Positions 48,001 to 60,582 of a stretch of DNA of 64,000 bases are shown here, in pieces; the stretch's first letter is position 1; each line of letters opens with the position of its first letter. The notes under the pieces are model-generated. The model ran no database searches, had not been told where the DNA came from, and saw only the letters and a program-made list of their open reading frames with translations. The position numbers were made by a program, and so were the translations under genes. The stretch spans positions 56,544,001-56,608,000 of the forward strand of contig OZ320313.1 of NCBI GenBank assembly GCA_976226885.1, in the 5' to 3' direction. Source of the stretch: Iphione sp. A-MEVVRFRX5. Its lineage: Eukaryota.

Positions 48001-49251
48001 TGTACATTACTATCAGGTCATGCAGGTCGACAAGTACTTTGTGTATATCTAGAGTATATATTAAACGCATGCTATATACACATTTGACATAATTTTATAA
48101 AAATGTCCGAGGCGAGCACTCAGTTGATGTCTTCAAGCTAACAGGGACCTGGAATTACGTATTTTGTGCCTTAACCCGAGGAGTGATAATAAGAACAGAA
48201 TAATCCCAAATGCCAGCGCCGTTATTTAGAGAAAAGCTTCGGGTTATAATCCGTCTGATTTACAATGATCTCTCTTATGTACACCATTTCTTTTTTTCTC
48301 ATATAGAAAGATTGTCCCTTCTCTGTTGTGCGTATTAATTACTTCTCGTGTAAACGGCTGACTCACAGGCACCTTATAAGGCGTTCTACCAATAATAATG
48401 CCACGTATACTGAATGCCTGAAATATCAGCATTGCAGTGACATTCCAGAACACAACATTGTGGTTGTGCATCTACCTTTCCATTCCAAATTCGTTATAAA
48501 TATGCATGTCTTTTCTCACATAAATCATATAGATTATGTGGTAGCAGAGCGGCATGGCCGTCTGTAAAGTGGTGACCAGGCAGAACCGGCTCAGGTGATC
48601 TGCCGATCAGGGAAGAGTTCCAGGATCAAGTCTTGCACAAGATTTTAAAATTATAAAATATCCTGATTTTATTGTGAAATCCATTCGAGGATGAGATGTA
48701 TATAAGGGACAACTTGACTCAATAAACAGACACTTATACTTTGGATGCCTTGAGTGAACCGGATCTACCTGTATGGACTCTTCTTTATTATTTAGATGAA
48801 AATTTGCGACATTTAAACAGGAACACACTACAGTATCAGAAAGTAACAAGCTGGATTTCTTGCTGTGCACACTGTAATGAGATATGTATATATATATATA
48901 TATACATATTGTAACATGAGCTTGGTCTCTAATAAGTAAAATGACATGAAATTACAACAATGATCATAAAATATCTGGTTCACTCCAAGTGCAGAAAACT
49001 GGCCTGCTGAAGTGTAACTTTCTCAGAGTGCATGTGAGAGAATATCTGTTTATTCATCAAAAAAGTACATTCTTATATACTCCAGAATAGGTCATGTGAC
49101 CTGATGATTACATAACACTTGCTAAAAAATAACTTCTCCATCACTCTATCACTTTTGATTGGTCACTCTGGTGACAATAGCAGAGCATATAACAGAGTGA
49201 TCATGTGACCACTGCAGCTGCACTCTTACACAATATCAATTAATGCTATTA

Positions 49252-49819
49252 CAGAGGACACTCAGAAACCGAACACTCAAAAACCGAATTTCCCCAAATC
49301 TGAATGATATTTGTGGGAACCAACCATTTTCCTGTATTTAGACACTCATATATCTGAAATATGCAATTTCCAAATCCAAACGCTGTTACTTCGTTAAAAT
49401 GCATTAAAATTATACTCAAAAACCGAATGCTAAGCGAGCCCAGTCGCTCTCCCCCATGTTCGCTACCGTTTGATGAGCTCGCACCTCGGCCAACACCTGT
49501 TGGCTTGAGTCTGACTCGGTCGCTCTTCCCCAAGTTAATTAAAATCAAAGAGTTTGTCGACTCACACTTCAGGGCTGGGCAACCTGTCGCATTTTGCAAA
49601 AAAATGTGGGACATAGACATGAAAAAATCAGACAACTTTCATTCTTTACCACTGATTTAGTGCTGAATTTTGTAATATTTTTTGCGACAAGGATATTAAA
49701 AAATGCAACAACTGATTGAAATTGACAGTGGCCTGAGGCTACTATTCGAAATCCAAAGTATCCCAAAACCGAACCATTTTGGCGGAAACGGCGATCGTTC
49801 GGTTTTTGAATTCTCTCTG
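49252..49819. mobile_element. Tc1/mariner-type MITE
   Basis: TA-CAGAGGACACTCAGAAACCGAAC is mirrored by GTTCGGTTTTTGAATTCTCTCTG-TA; repeated AACCGAA motifs. Confidence 0.7.
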
Positions 49820-49911
49820 TACATAACAGCAATCAACTCTGGTTCTTAGTCTATTCTTAGCGAGGACAGGGATGTCTCCACTACAATTTATTTATAGGTA
49901 TTTAGAGAGCC

Positions 49912-49915
<4 letters not shown>

Positions 49916-49966
<51 letters not shown>
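49916..49966. repeat. (GA)n microsatellite
   Basis: Seen directly. Confidence 0.95.
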
Positions 49967-49968
<2 letters not shown>

Positions 49969-52009
49969 CAGGGAGGAGAGAGAACAGAAGCAGTGAGAAA
50001 GTGTTTTACATGACATCATAGACCAGATACATTTACGTGAATACTCACATATCGAATTTCCATTGTGAATGATATACATATCCATAACAGTCATCAGGCT
50101 ATTTCAATCTTTGCGTTCGATACGACAAAAAGTCCCTGATTTGCTCCTTTATTAAAAAACCTACCTTACGTGATTGACGCTCCTCCTCTTTTTGGGCCAT
50201 TATCAATTTATATCAACTTGCTGGTGTCCTTCAGCCAATGCAATAAGATTCGACGCGGGAACACTCGAATTCTAGATCTGCAAACTCGCGGTGTTCGTAT
50301 TGTTGCAACCTTCTTGAATGGATTTAGCCTAAGAGTTTGTAATTCTTCTATTCCTTCTTCGGCAGTAGCAGAACAAGAACCACAATATTATAAACCCGAA
50401 GCAATGTAGACGAATGAACATTCAGAATAGAGGGGAAGTTTATGAAACATTGCTGAAATGTCCCTCTTAGGATTGCCGGTACATTTCCAATGCGACATTT
50501 GGCGTTCTTAATCCTTGACTGATTGCTGGGGTTTATGATCTACTTGTTATTAAGTACTCTTTTGAACAGCTGAGTTCTAGAAGGCTCGTGAGGTTCAGGG
50601 TATTCCCAACGCTATTTATACTGATAAAACTTCACTCTGAATTTGATTCGTTCTTGGGGACGCCGAAACAGGTCTTCCTATCTCCCTCATCCGAGCAATG
50701 GGACTGTCAGCAATCGTCATTGAAAGATCACAAAGCCGGTAAGAGATGAACCGCGTATATATCCCAAACTATTTCCTCTTCAGCCAAGACTATTTGGCTT
50801 CAAAAGTAAATGTCCTTCGTATCTCTGGACTTATTGTGTCCGATGACAAAGGGATCCCTTAGAGTTTCTAGTATTGCTGTTGAGGAGAGTATTGTATACT
50901 AATTCTTTAATAGACTGTGTCACAAAGAACGCCAGGCGCCCTTTGTTTCTCGAACAAATTTGACGAGCAGTTCGGATGTTCCAACACTAATCCACAATTT
51001 CATTGAAGTTTTCCATACTGCCTATCCTTCGGAAATCTTTGTGTTTAAATTCCATGTCAGGTACCTCTGTGAGGTAGAAATCTAGTCCGAGCCAACCGGA
51101 TGACGGTTGTACGCTGCATTTAAATTGCTCGGGATTTGGCCAATCTCTCCCCCAGGGGACTCTTTTCATAGAGTCCACATTGCTTAATACCCATGCGTGG
51201 TATTACAAGTGTTCATCTCAGTAAACCATTTGCTGTAGCTCTATCAAGGTTACTCAGCAGTAAAATTGAAAAGTCACTTATACATTGAACCCTTACGAGA
51301 AGGCTTTAGGTGAAGAAACTGCATCAGGCGAACTACGCCGGGATTAAATTGACCAGCCATTGACCGAATGTGAAAATACTTCACGTATTTATCCCTGCAT
51401 GCGTAACGTGATAGTGCTTACTACATCTGCACTCCACTTGAGCCTCCTGCTTCTGAACTTTAACTGTAACTCATTGAATATTTTGCCAACTATTGTCAAT
51501 CTCACACTACGATATTACCTCCTACTAAGGTTATATTTTATATATGAAAAACGATGGCACCATCGTTAACAGACGAGAGCTGGTTAGGAACATAGACGAT
51601 TACCCACGTACATTAAATATTTGACCAGATGATCAATGGATAGAGACGCTTTTCGTTCAAAAACTTGTACTTAATTAGTAACATGAGAAGACCAGTCAGT
51701 TGGTTCAGTCATTACGTCTAGCTATGGTTTAAAAATGGTCAAATAGGTCCGAGTATTATACGGCTATCTTGATAACACTGGTAACATAGTCTCTACTTTC
51801 CTAGATGATGTCTTGAAATAATTACAAATAGGATCAGGGCTCCAAAACTAACGATCCACAAAGAAAACCAGTGGAAATAAACACATTAAAATTAAGTTGG
51901 AAACAATTTTAACATCCCATTTTAAAAAGGATAAACAAGGATAAACCATGCTTTGAACATTGATTTTCGATTTAAAGAAATCGATCGATAATCGATATTT
52001 TATCGATTT

Positions 52010-52521
52010 TCCCTCCATTTCTCTCTATCTCCCTTGGTGGTTCTCTCCCTCCCTATGTTATCTTCTCTCCCCTGTCTACCTCTCCTCCCTCCTCATCCTT
52101 ATGCTTGCTTTTTCCTTCCTACTCTCCTCTTCTTCATCGCCTCTTCCTTTTTCTCCTCGTTTGTCCGCCCTCTTTTTAATTCATCAGCATCCTCTTAGTC
52201 TTCCTCTCAACTCTTTGTCTTTCTCCCCTATCATTCTTTATCCACACCTCCTCAACCTCTCTCCACCGTCGTCATCTCACCCTCCACCCTTATTGCACCT
52301 CCTCTTCCTCCCTCACACCTCCTCCATGACTCCTCATTCTCCTTCCTTAGTTCTCGTCCTCCCCTCAGGCCTCCTCTTCTATTCATCTCCCCTTCCTTCA
52401 TTTTCTTCCTCCCTTCAATTATTTTCCTCTTCCTCAATTACTCTCCCTCTTCCCTCACTTTTCCCTCTTCAGTCTTCCTTCTCCCTCATCTCCTCTTCTC
52501 AAATTCTTCTTATATGTGCTG

Positions 52522-52577
<56 letters not shown>

Positions 52578-52625
52578 CTCCTCCCTAACTTTCCATTTTC
52601 TACTTCCCCACTCACCTATCCCCCT
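52010..52625. repeat. About 600-bp polypyrimidine low-complexity tract including (CT)n at 52525-52573
   Basis: Almost entirely C/T on the plus strand. Confidence 0.95.
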
Positions 52626-54575
52626 CACGTCTCTGCTGTTTATTCATAAGAAATTGATATAGAAATACAGATGAGACTCGCTAGCTGGAATCATTGTGGC
52701 TGGCGAGTTTTTGTACAGATGACGAGGATTCCGGAAGGAGAAATTGCAACTCATGCATCTCCTGGAGGGGGAAAAAGCAAACTTCATGGAAATTGTGGTA
52801 AATTATATGGAGAAAGTGCCGAAAATTGGCAAATTTCAGGGAAAAAGTGCCAAAAAATGGCTCTTTCATGGAGATTGTGTGCTTTTCACTCTGCACTGCA
52901 CTCATGACACTTCCTTTGTTCTCCCTCATCCGGTTGCTGGTGTTCATTTTCTATATAAATTAATTTTTTAAATGTCTTAAATTTGACTCCGGTGACGGAT
53001 ATCAAATTCTGTAAAATCCCTCGAAGTGTACTACGGTACATACTGTTTCATCCAAGATGGTCTCTGGACTAGCCTAATACTTATAATTAACTGAGATGGA
53101 CAACTAGGAATTCTCCTATCACCAGGAGTCTTCGCCAATGTCCAATTTGACTTGTCGTTGACTGCTGGAGTCACTAAATCATTCCCTAACTACAAATCCT
53201 CGATGAACAATGAAAGTTTGCCTGTAGGTTTAAGAATTGCAGGGGTGTGCTTGTTCCCTCAATAAAAGACGGACAGTCCAGTCCTCCGAGCGCTACTTCA
53301 GTGGTTTCGTTAGAGCGTTTATGAGATTATATTGTGAGGGTTTCCTAACCTCCCACAATAAATAGAACTGATGTATCCTGTGGTTTATGGCTTGCCACAT
53401 TGACAACACACTCACTCAAGTAAGGCAAACAGAGGAGAAAGTTCATAATCTCAAATACTTTGTAGGCTGGTGAAATTCTTAACAAACCCTACTACAAGCC
53501 TTCCTTGTCCTAAAAAGGACCAACGCAATAGCTGAAGGCGCTTGCACTATACAACCATAGAAGGTTCAAGCGGAAGGACACAAGAATACTCATTAACACT
53601 ACTGATAATCAAGGGAACCAGGGGACCAGTCGATGTGTACTTCCGGTACCAAACAAAGTATGGTGGTGAACTGGTGACCGGGTGTCACGCGGCTGCTTCC
53701 AGCGTCTCATTACGTATCGCCAACTGACATGAAAGCCAAGCTTGGTTCGTTTGTTTTAGCTAAGGTCGTAGAACTGGAGAGTGGAGGGTTGTATTTGCAC
53801 AATATGATAGGGCGTCGCCGAAAATAGGAGTTGAGACAGACTGGCCCATAGTACGTGTCGGAATGTAGCCGTCATCATTCCTATTATATCATAGAGGTCC
53901 ATAAAATGAACTAAATAACGACAGCTCCCTCTGTACAATATTAAGTAATGGAACTGGTATGGATCCAATGATTAGCTATCGGCCGAGCGGTTCTAGACTA
54001 CGTAACTCCTGGTAGAAGCTGCCAACGGACATGAGTCGCTATGTCAAACATTGTGATCAACAGTGAACTTCCGCATGAGCTACTTTTCGTTTTGGCACAC
54101 ACATGAGTATTACTAACCATCCATCAAGAAATCTTTTCGTGTGCTTACATACGCCTGACTTACCGTTCTAAGGTATGTCGCATCACGCATCATTCGATCT
54201 GCCCAACTCTGGCAGCTCTGGCGGCCTCTTAAAATTTACTTGGTGCGGCCATCAGTGCGAAATTAATCTAGTTAAGTAACAGTATAACAAAGTAACAGAT
54301 CCTCTCGAAACAAAACGTCATGTTGTATTTTAGGTTAACCCAGTATCTTTTTTGGGAGGAATGTTTTGTTTTTGTAATATGACGTCTACTTAACTGTACT
54401 TTATACTTTACTTTCATTACAGGTCCGTTTCCATCCTTGCTCTTTTTTTCTCAACTGTATACACGTACATTTGTCGGCGGAATATTCTTGGTGCACATTT
54501 AGACTCAACATATTACTGTCCAAATTATCCGGGTTGGTTTTGCAAATCCATATTTTCTCCGTCTCTCGCTTCCCC

Positions 54576-54773
54576 NNNNNNNNNNNNNNNNNNNNNNNNN
54601 NNNNNNNNNNNNNNNNNNNNNNNNNNNNNNNNNNNNNNNNNNNNNNNNNNNNNNNNNNNNNNNNNNNNNNNNNNNNNNNNNNNNNNNNNNNNNNNNNNNN
54701 NNNNNNNNNNNNNNNNNNNNNNNNNNNNNNNNNNNNNNNNNNNNNNNNNNNNNNNNNNNNNNNNNNNNNNNNN
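54576..54773. other. Assembly gap (N run)
   Basis: Run of N. Confidence 1.
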
Positions 54774-57656
54774 GTCCTACTTTTACGAATGTCTCATTAA
54801 CCCAACTACCCTGTCCTTCGCTCTGAAACAGAAGACAATCTCAAGCACATGGGATATCTGCTATCATTCATTACTGAAGTATCAGGTTGGACTATTCAAT
54901 AGGACGTATCTGACAGTTGACTGGGGTACAGCCATTAAAAAAACGCCGATGTACGTGCGAAGAGCTGCAACTTTGTGCACGATTAACCGCTCAGAGGTGA
55001 CAATTGTATTGTACTTTATTTTTTTGGAACTTCCATTTCATTACTTTTCCCACCCTAGGCAATACTTCGCATTAATACCTTCTCTGTGCCCCTTACTGTT
55101 TTGTACGTGAACTAGTTCCCCCTCACATATTTATGAGAAGTCTGTAAATGGTTGTTGCTTTTGTAAATATTGATTTATTCATGCTCACAAAGGTCTCTAC
55201 CTGATCAATGATGTTACACACAATATAAAGTTTCCGGTGAATACAATAAGAAATTTTATACTCAGTAAGTGACTACCCTAAACAGTAAAAGCTTATGACT
55301 GGGGACCGAACAGCAACATATTTTCGTTATACATGGTGCCATGAAGGACCGGAGGCACCCTCATAAATGGGTTCACTTTCCTGGCGAACCAAAGGCGCGC
55401 CCAGTTGTAACGTTCTACTGTACCAGAACCACAAAATGATCTTTTTGTATGTGGTACTTGTGTTTTTGAGTTCACGCAAAATTCAGAAAAATGCTTCATT
55501 TCTTTAGGCACACGTCCCCATGTAGCGTATTTGGGGCTGTGCAAGTTAATATCCTGTTTATTGTTGTTATAACAATAGAGCTTACGTGGAACCTTGCATC
55601 ACTCCTGAAGTGTAATATAGATTCAGTTTAATACATGCCTTAGGCTTAATTTCCGAGCACCTGTGTTTTGGTCCATGTTTCCACAGTGAAAAGTTCGCAT
55701 CTCACTAATCCCTGTAACCACTGTATACACATCCATGTAGTATGTTTGGGGTGTGTTTTCAGGATACACTCAATTCATAACAATAGACCTCATAAAACAT
55801 GAGAAACACAGACACAGAGCATGGTGGAATGAAACCTTGTCCATTTCCAAACACAGTGACATGGAGACAGTACACACTACATGGCCTATGTATGCATGGA
55901 TATCCTCCTACTGTTATCCTCTATTCCTGTTGTTGAGTACGTTATCCCCTATGCCTGAAAATCACGGTGAAAACACAGTAACATGCTACACGGAGAAATG
56001 GGTGCATGGAAATCCAGCCATATTCTGAAGATTTCCTAATCCATCGATCCCCGTTGATATAAAATTTGATTGTTGCGATAGTTACTTGTCATGCAGATCC
56101 TTTTAAACGTATCGTAATGCATGTTGGCATGAGTTGGCATGTTTCATGTTTGGACCCGATTTCGCCAGTTGTTCGGGATTAAATCGTACATAATTACCCT
56201 GCTTAATGGTAGGTCCGTGTGCTTTCGCATGTGTGCCGCTTTCTTTCAATAACCATGTGTTAGATCACGGGTAGCCCAACCCACCAATAGCGAAAAGTTA
56301 TTATCCACTATGGAAACAAAACTTCTATATGCACTCTGAAAAAATAACCTACCTTCGTCAAAATCTGCTTGTTTCCGAACATGTTAGATAAGTTGCTCGT
56401 TTCAGCAGCACATCGCTTCTTGAATTGAATGCCCTTCTACTGGAGTCGTGGATTCCTAAACATCCCGAGTTTCTCGATGTTTTTTAGCAAATATCTCGGG
56501 ATTGTTTAAAAAATATGCAGTTAATCTTGATGTACCGACCGACTTTTAATTGTCGTTCTGCGAGATCGCGACCCTCCCTGCTCCGTGGACGACAATTCTC
56601 ACGCTGACCCTCGGAGCAGATTTGATGCATACACTGCCACTGGAGGGGGAATGCATCACCACAACCAATGACGTCATGCCTGCACTAACTGGCCAAACAT
56701 ACCAAAGGTATTGTTCTTTGTTGAGCCAATAATGCTCCACTCCCAGGGAAGGGCATTCATGTGGAAAGTCTCGGTGAAAATCTCTTGCGCGCTGAATATA
56801 GTCGCAGGTCTGAACCCCCTGGACGCCAGCTCGTAGCCCCTTACCATTACTAATCGACCCCCATGGCACAGCGTTGATTGGATCGCATACCCAACACCTC
56901 GCAACAAATCACCTCGGGGGAACTGGCTCGACGTTTGACCGGACCGCTGAATCGTCTGCATGACTGATATTTATATGTACTGTCCCAATTCACACACTGT
57001 CTCCAAATTTATTAAGGCGTATCGACGAGCACAACACGTATAGTTATTTCAAGGTGAACTGTCTGCTGATCAGGACACCCGAAGCTGTGGATGCGAGTTA
57101 AAAAATGAATGTCTATGTGCTTTGTAAGGAGACAAATGGGCTTGCAGGAACAACACCTTGTTTCTAGTTCATTCTAAAGAGGCTTTAAATTCAATGTGGC
57201 AGACGTAGTTTCCCTTATTCATAGTTCATATAGGCATAAAGTGCTATCTCCATTTACGCGGGATGTTTGTCCGTCACCAGTGGCGTGGTGTGGACTGCCT
57301 GGACATCCCTGCCACCTGACACGGGGCTTATCGCCATGTACACCAAATATATCCACTGTCTGTATTGATATTTCAGGCAAATTTGCACGAGTTTTGCTGT
57401 TTTGGGCCAAATTTGAGTGAGTTTCAGCAATTTGCCTGAGTTTTGCCCTTTTTTCAAAAACAAATTTGCCTGAATTTTGCCATTTTTCAGGCGATTTGCC
57501 TGAGTTTCACCATTCCCCACCATTTTTCTGGCCGAGTTCGCCTGTTATTCACCTTCTTTCATGCCCATTTTCCTGGTTTTTGGCTTATTCCCCACCCACA
57601 CGGGGTGGCCGGGTCTGGATGGACCAGATGACAAGCTATCAGTGACACATCTATAA

Positions 57657-58453
57657 GGCCCTCTTTCCATACATGCAGCGACATGCATGTGCGATTCCAT
57701 GCATTTCTGAGCTCTGTTTTCCATCACACTGACTTCAATAGAATGGTTTCCATACCTGTGGCGATATGCATGTGCGTTGCTGTGCATTGATGTGCATTGC
57801 CCATTTTCGGTCCAGGACCGTAAATTTGCCACAAACGCACAACAACACAGCCAAAAATCATTTTTCTAGGTCTAGAAAATGTTCCTATTTTAAGATTTTG
57901 TATCACAAAGTAAGTGAGGTTGATTAAGATATTTCAAGATAATTTTACTTGTTATAAGTACTTTTCTTCTTGTAATTGTAAAAAGTTTCTTGTCTGACTT
58001 AAAAACTTTTTTTCTTACTTCATCTTCTTGATATGAAAAAAAAAACATCTTGTATCAAGAAGATTAAGTAAGAAAAAAGTTACATGGAAGCTGGGCAAAA
58101 AAACTGCTTATTTCTTGGAAATTCCGCCGAAAACCAGTAAAATGTATGGAAAAATTCTGAAAAAAATATGACATTGTGCTGAAATGTGTGGATATGTGCG
58201 ATATCCACATCCAAAAGTGAGTCAAAGTGAGTCAAATGAGGAAATACAAGTACGTTGCTGTGCGTTGTTGTGCGTTTGCGGCAAATTTACGGTCCTGGTC
58301 CGAAAACGGGCAACACACATCAACGCACAGCAACGCACATGCATATTGCCGCAGGTATGGAAACCATTCCATTGAAGTCAGTGTGATGGAAAACAGAGCT
58401 CAGAAACGCATGGAATCTCACATGTGTATCGCCGCATGTATGGAAACTGGGCC
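57657..58453. mobile_element. Fold-back PIF/Harbinger-type element with about 200-bp TIRs
   Basis: About 57657-57855 is the reverse complement of about 58255-58453; GGCC termini; TAA duplication on both sides. Confidence 0.85.
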
Positions 58454-58740
58454 TAAAACTGGTGGGTTTAGACCATGAATTGGTGGGTTTAGACCACTAA
58501 TAGGCAGGTTAAGACTAGCAGAGGTGTTAGGCCCAGTTTCCTTGTGTCCGGAGAATTATCCCATACCACGCAGTCCATGGTTTTGGAAGAAAAATCTATA
58601 GGAATGTGCTAGGGTGTTTCCATGTCTCAGAGACCAGTATAATAGAGAGATGGACCTTTTAAGCAGGAGAGACGCTGTCTATCATATGAGAAATCATGTG
58701 AAAAAATTTTAATTTGCATACAATTTACATAATCACTGCA

Positions 58741-58892
58741 CAATTTTAACCGATATGTCTCAACCTTCATTAAAAGCTGCACAGTTTTGACGAATATGTC
58801 TCAACCTCCATTAAAATCCACACAATTTTGACCAATATGTCTCAACCTCCATTAAAAAACACACAATTTTGACTGATATGTCTCAACCTCCA
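58741..58892. repeat. About 43-bp minisatellite x4 (CAATTTTGACC...ATATGTCTCAACCTCCATTAAAA)
   Basis: Four tandem copies seen directly. Confidence 0.9.
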
Positions 58893-59344
58893 TACATACA
58901 TATATGCATGTACATACAGAGGAACCTCACTATCTGGAGTACCTCAGAATACTGATATTCTGTACAGATGGCAAATAATCCGGAATGGGAAAAGCAACTC
59001 ATGTGTCTCCTGGAGGGGAAAACTGTCATAATAGTAAAGTATAGGAACCTAATCGATATTGAAATATATTATTGGTTATTGATCTATATTGATTCTAAAT
59101 GCTTTCCATGCATCTCCTGGTAGGAAAAACTGTCATAATAGTAAAATATGGATGTTATATGTAACCTACAATGATTTTTATGAAATTCATTCAATTTCAG
59201 TTAGGGATAAGGGTTTTTATTATTGCCATGAATAGAAAACACATGTAATGCTTATGCAGAATGGATAAACAACAATAAATAACAAAATGGTTAGAAAATT
59301 TTTTTTTTTTTAAATTAAATGTATGCATCAGATAGTCCAAAGAA

Positions 59345-60331
59345 TCATTTTGCTTTGAAAAAGTCCTTGATAAATGTTTGTCTTGCCCCTTTGTGTGACT
59401 TGTGTGTTCTCTCTAAGAGGCCTCTGAGAAATTGCACTCCAGGAAGGTCTTCTTGTTCTTCACACACCCTAATCAAAAGATCTACTGATCTTGTTACTTC
59501 TTTGAGGATGACTGGAGGTGGGGCAATGTCTTCAGTGTCATCTCCTGTCACCTCAGCCTCTGTCCCCTGTCCTCTGTTACCAGACTGAGGATGGCCCCAT
59601 CAGTCATTTCCCCTGCTGTTTCAGCCTCAGCATCCACTTGATTGTAGTCTTCAGCTGACATGAGGGGTTGCCCATTGTCTTTGGGCATTGCCTGCAGAAG
59701 TGTCTGCAGCTCAGACAAGGGCATCTAATCTTCATCTGAGAAGTCTCCCTCAGATGTGGTCACCCCAGGCAGGATCTTGGCATGGTCCCAGCACTTCTTG
59801 ATTGTAGTCTGGATGACTGATCCCCACCTAGGTTTTGCTGATTTCCCCATCACCATAGGCCTAAGCTTGTCTGTCCCGGCAGCATTACATGCCAACACAA
59901 CAGTAATCCGATCCTTGTTTTTCTTCTTTCCCTTGACTGGCCCAGTCGCAAGGGTTGAATTAGGCTTGAGCCTATAGAATAGGCCCGTTTCATCTATGTT
60001 GTAGATATCATCAGGATCGAATCCCTGGAGAGACTCCTGGAGTGCTGCACAACCCTCCTGAACTTGGTCGAGATTGATGGATGCAGCCTCTCCATGTTGT
60101 CTGAAGCATACCGTTTCTGGTCTTGAAACAACAGAGCCAACCTCTGATGTAATTGAAATTGGTGACACCCATTTGTCTACCCAGAGAGGTTGCCTTTTCC
60201 ATCATCACCTCATCGCTCAGCAGACCGCCCTTGGATCGTACATCGCTGAACCATATCATCAGTGCCTGCTCAAGCTTGGACTGGGCTGGTGACCTCTGAT
60301 GACATAGGTGGACAACATAAGTTGCCTTCAT
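59345..60331 (-). pseudogene. pogo/Tigger (TIGD4/6-like) transposase remnant, frameshifted and internally deleted
   Basis: CENP-B-type HTH (LEQALMIWFSDVR...GWLCCFKTR), HGEAAS, IYNIDETGLFY, KDRITVVLACNAAG, C-terminal QTFIKDFF. The middle of the DDE domain is missing after KSAKPR. Confidence 0.85.
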
Positions 60332-60582
60332 AGGTGGAGAGGTTGATCCAATGAGCTGATTTCTTCAGAATATCAGATATTTTCGAAAGGGGGACAGTAA
60401 AGCCTCATTTCACTGAAAACCTTGAGCAGAGGTCTGTCTGTGAGATGGCAGAGTTATTTGCCTTGTATAAGCACAGCTCCTTCTTTTGGACATTTTTAAT
60501 ACATATTCTGCATCGCTTGATCAGTGGTTGAGACATCTTCAAGGTTCCAGGAGAAATGAATGCAGATCATCCAGACCCCCTG

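Noticed and set aside
51960-52649. 229-aa Ser/Leu/Pro-rich ORF
   Set aside because: Translation of a polypyrimidine tract; stop codons are absent for compositional reasons.
53480-54033. Long minus-strand frame with scattered stops, considered as readthrough or an alternative genetic code
   Set aside because: About 6-7 stops in roughly 180 codons is close to random expectation, and host genes here use the standard code.
57545-58478. Two near-identical ORFs on opposite strands (57545-57832, 58227-58478)
   Set aside because: They are the two arms of the fold-back MITE, not a duplicated gene.
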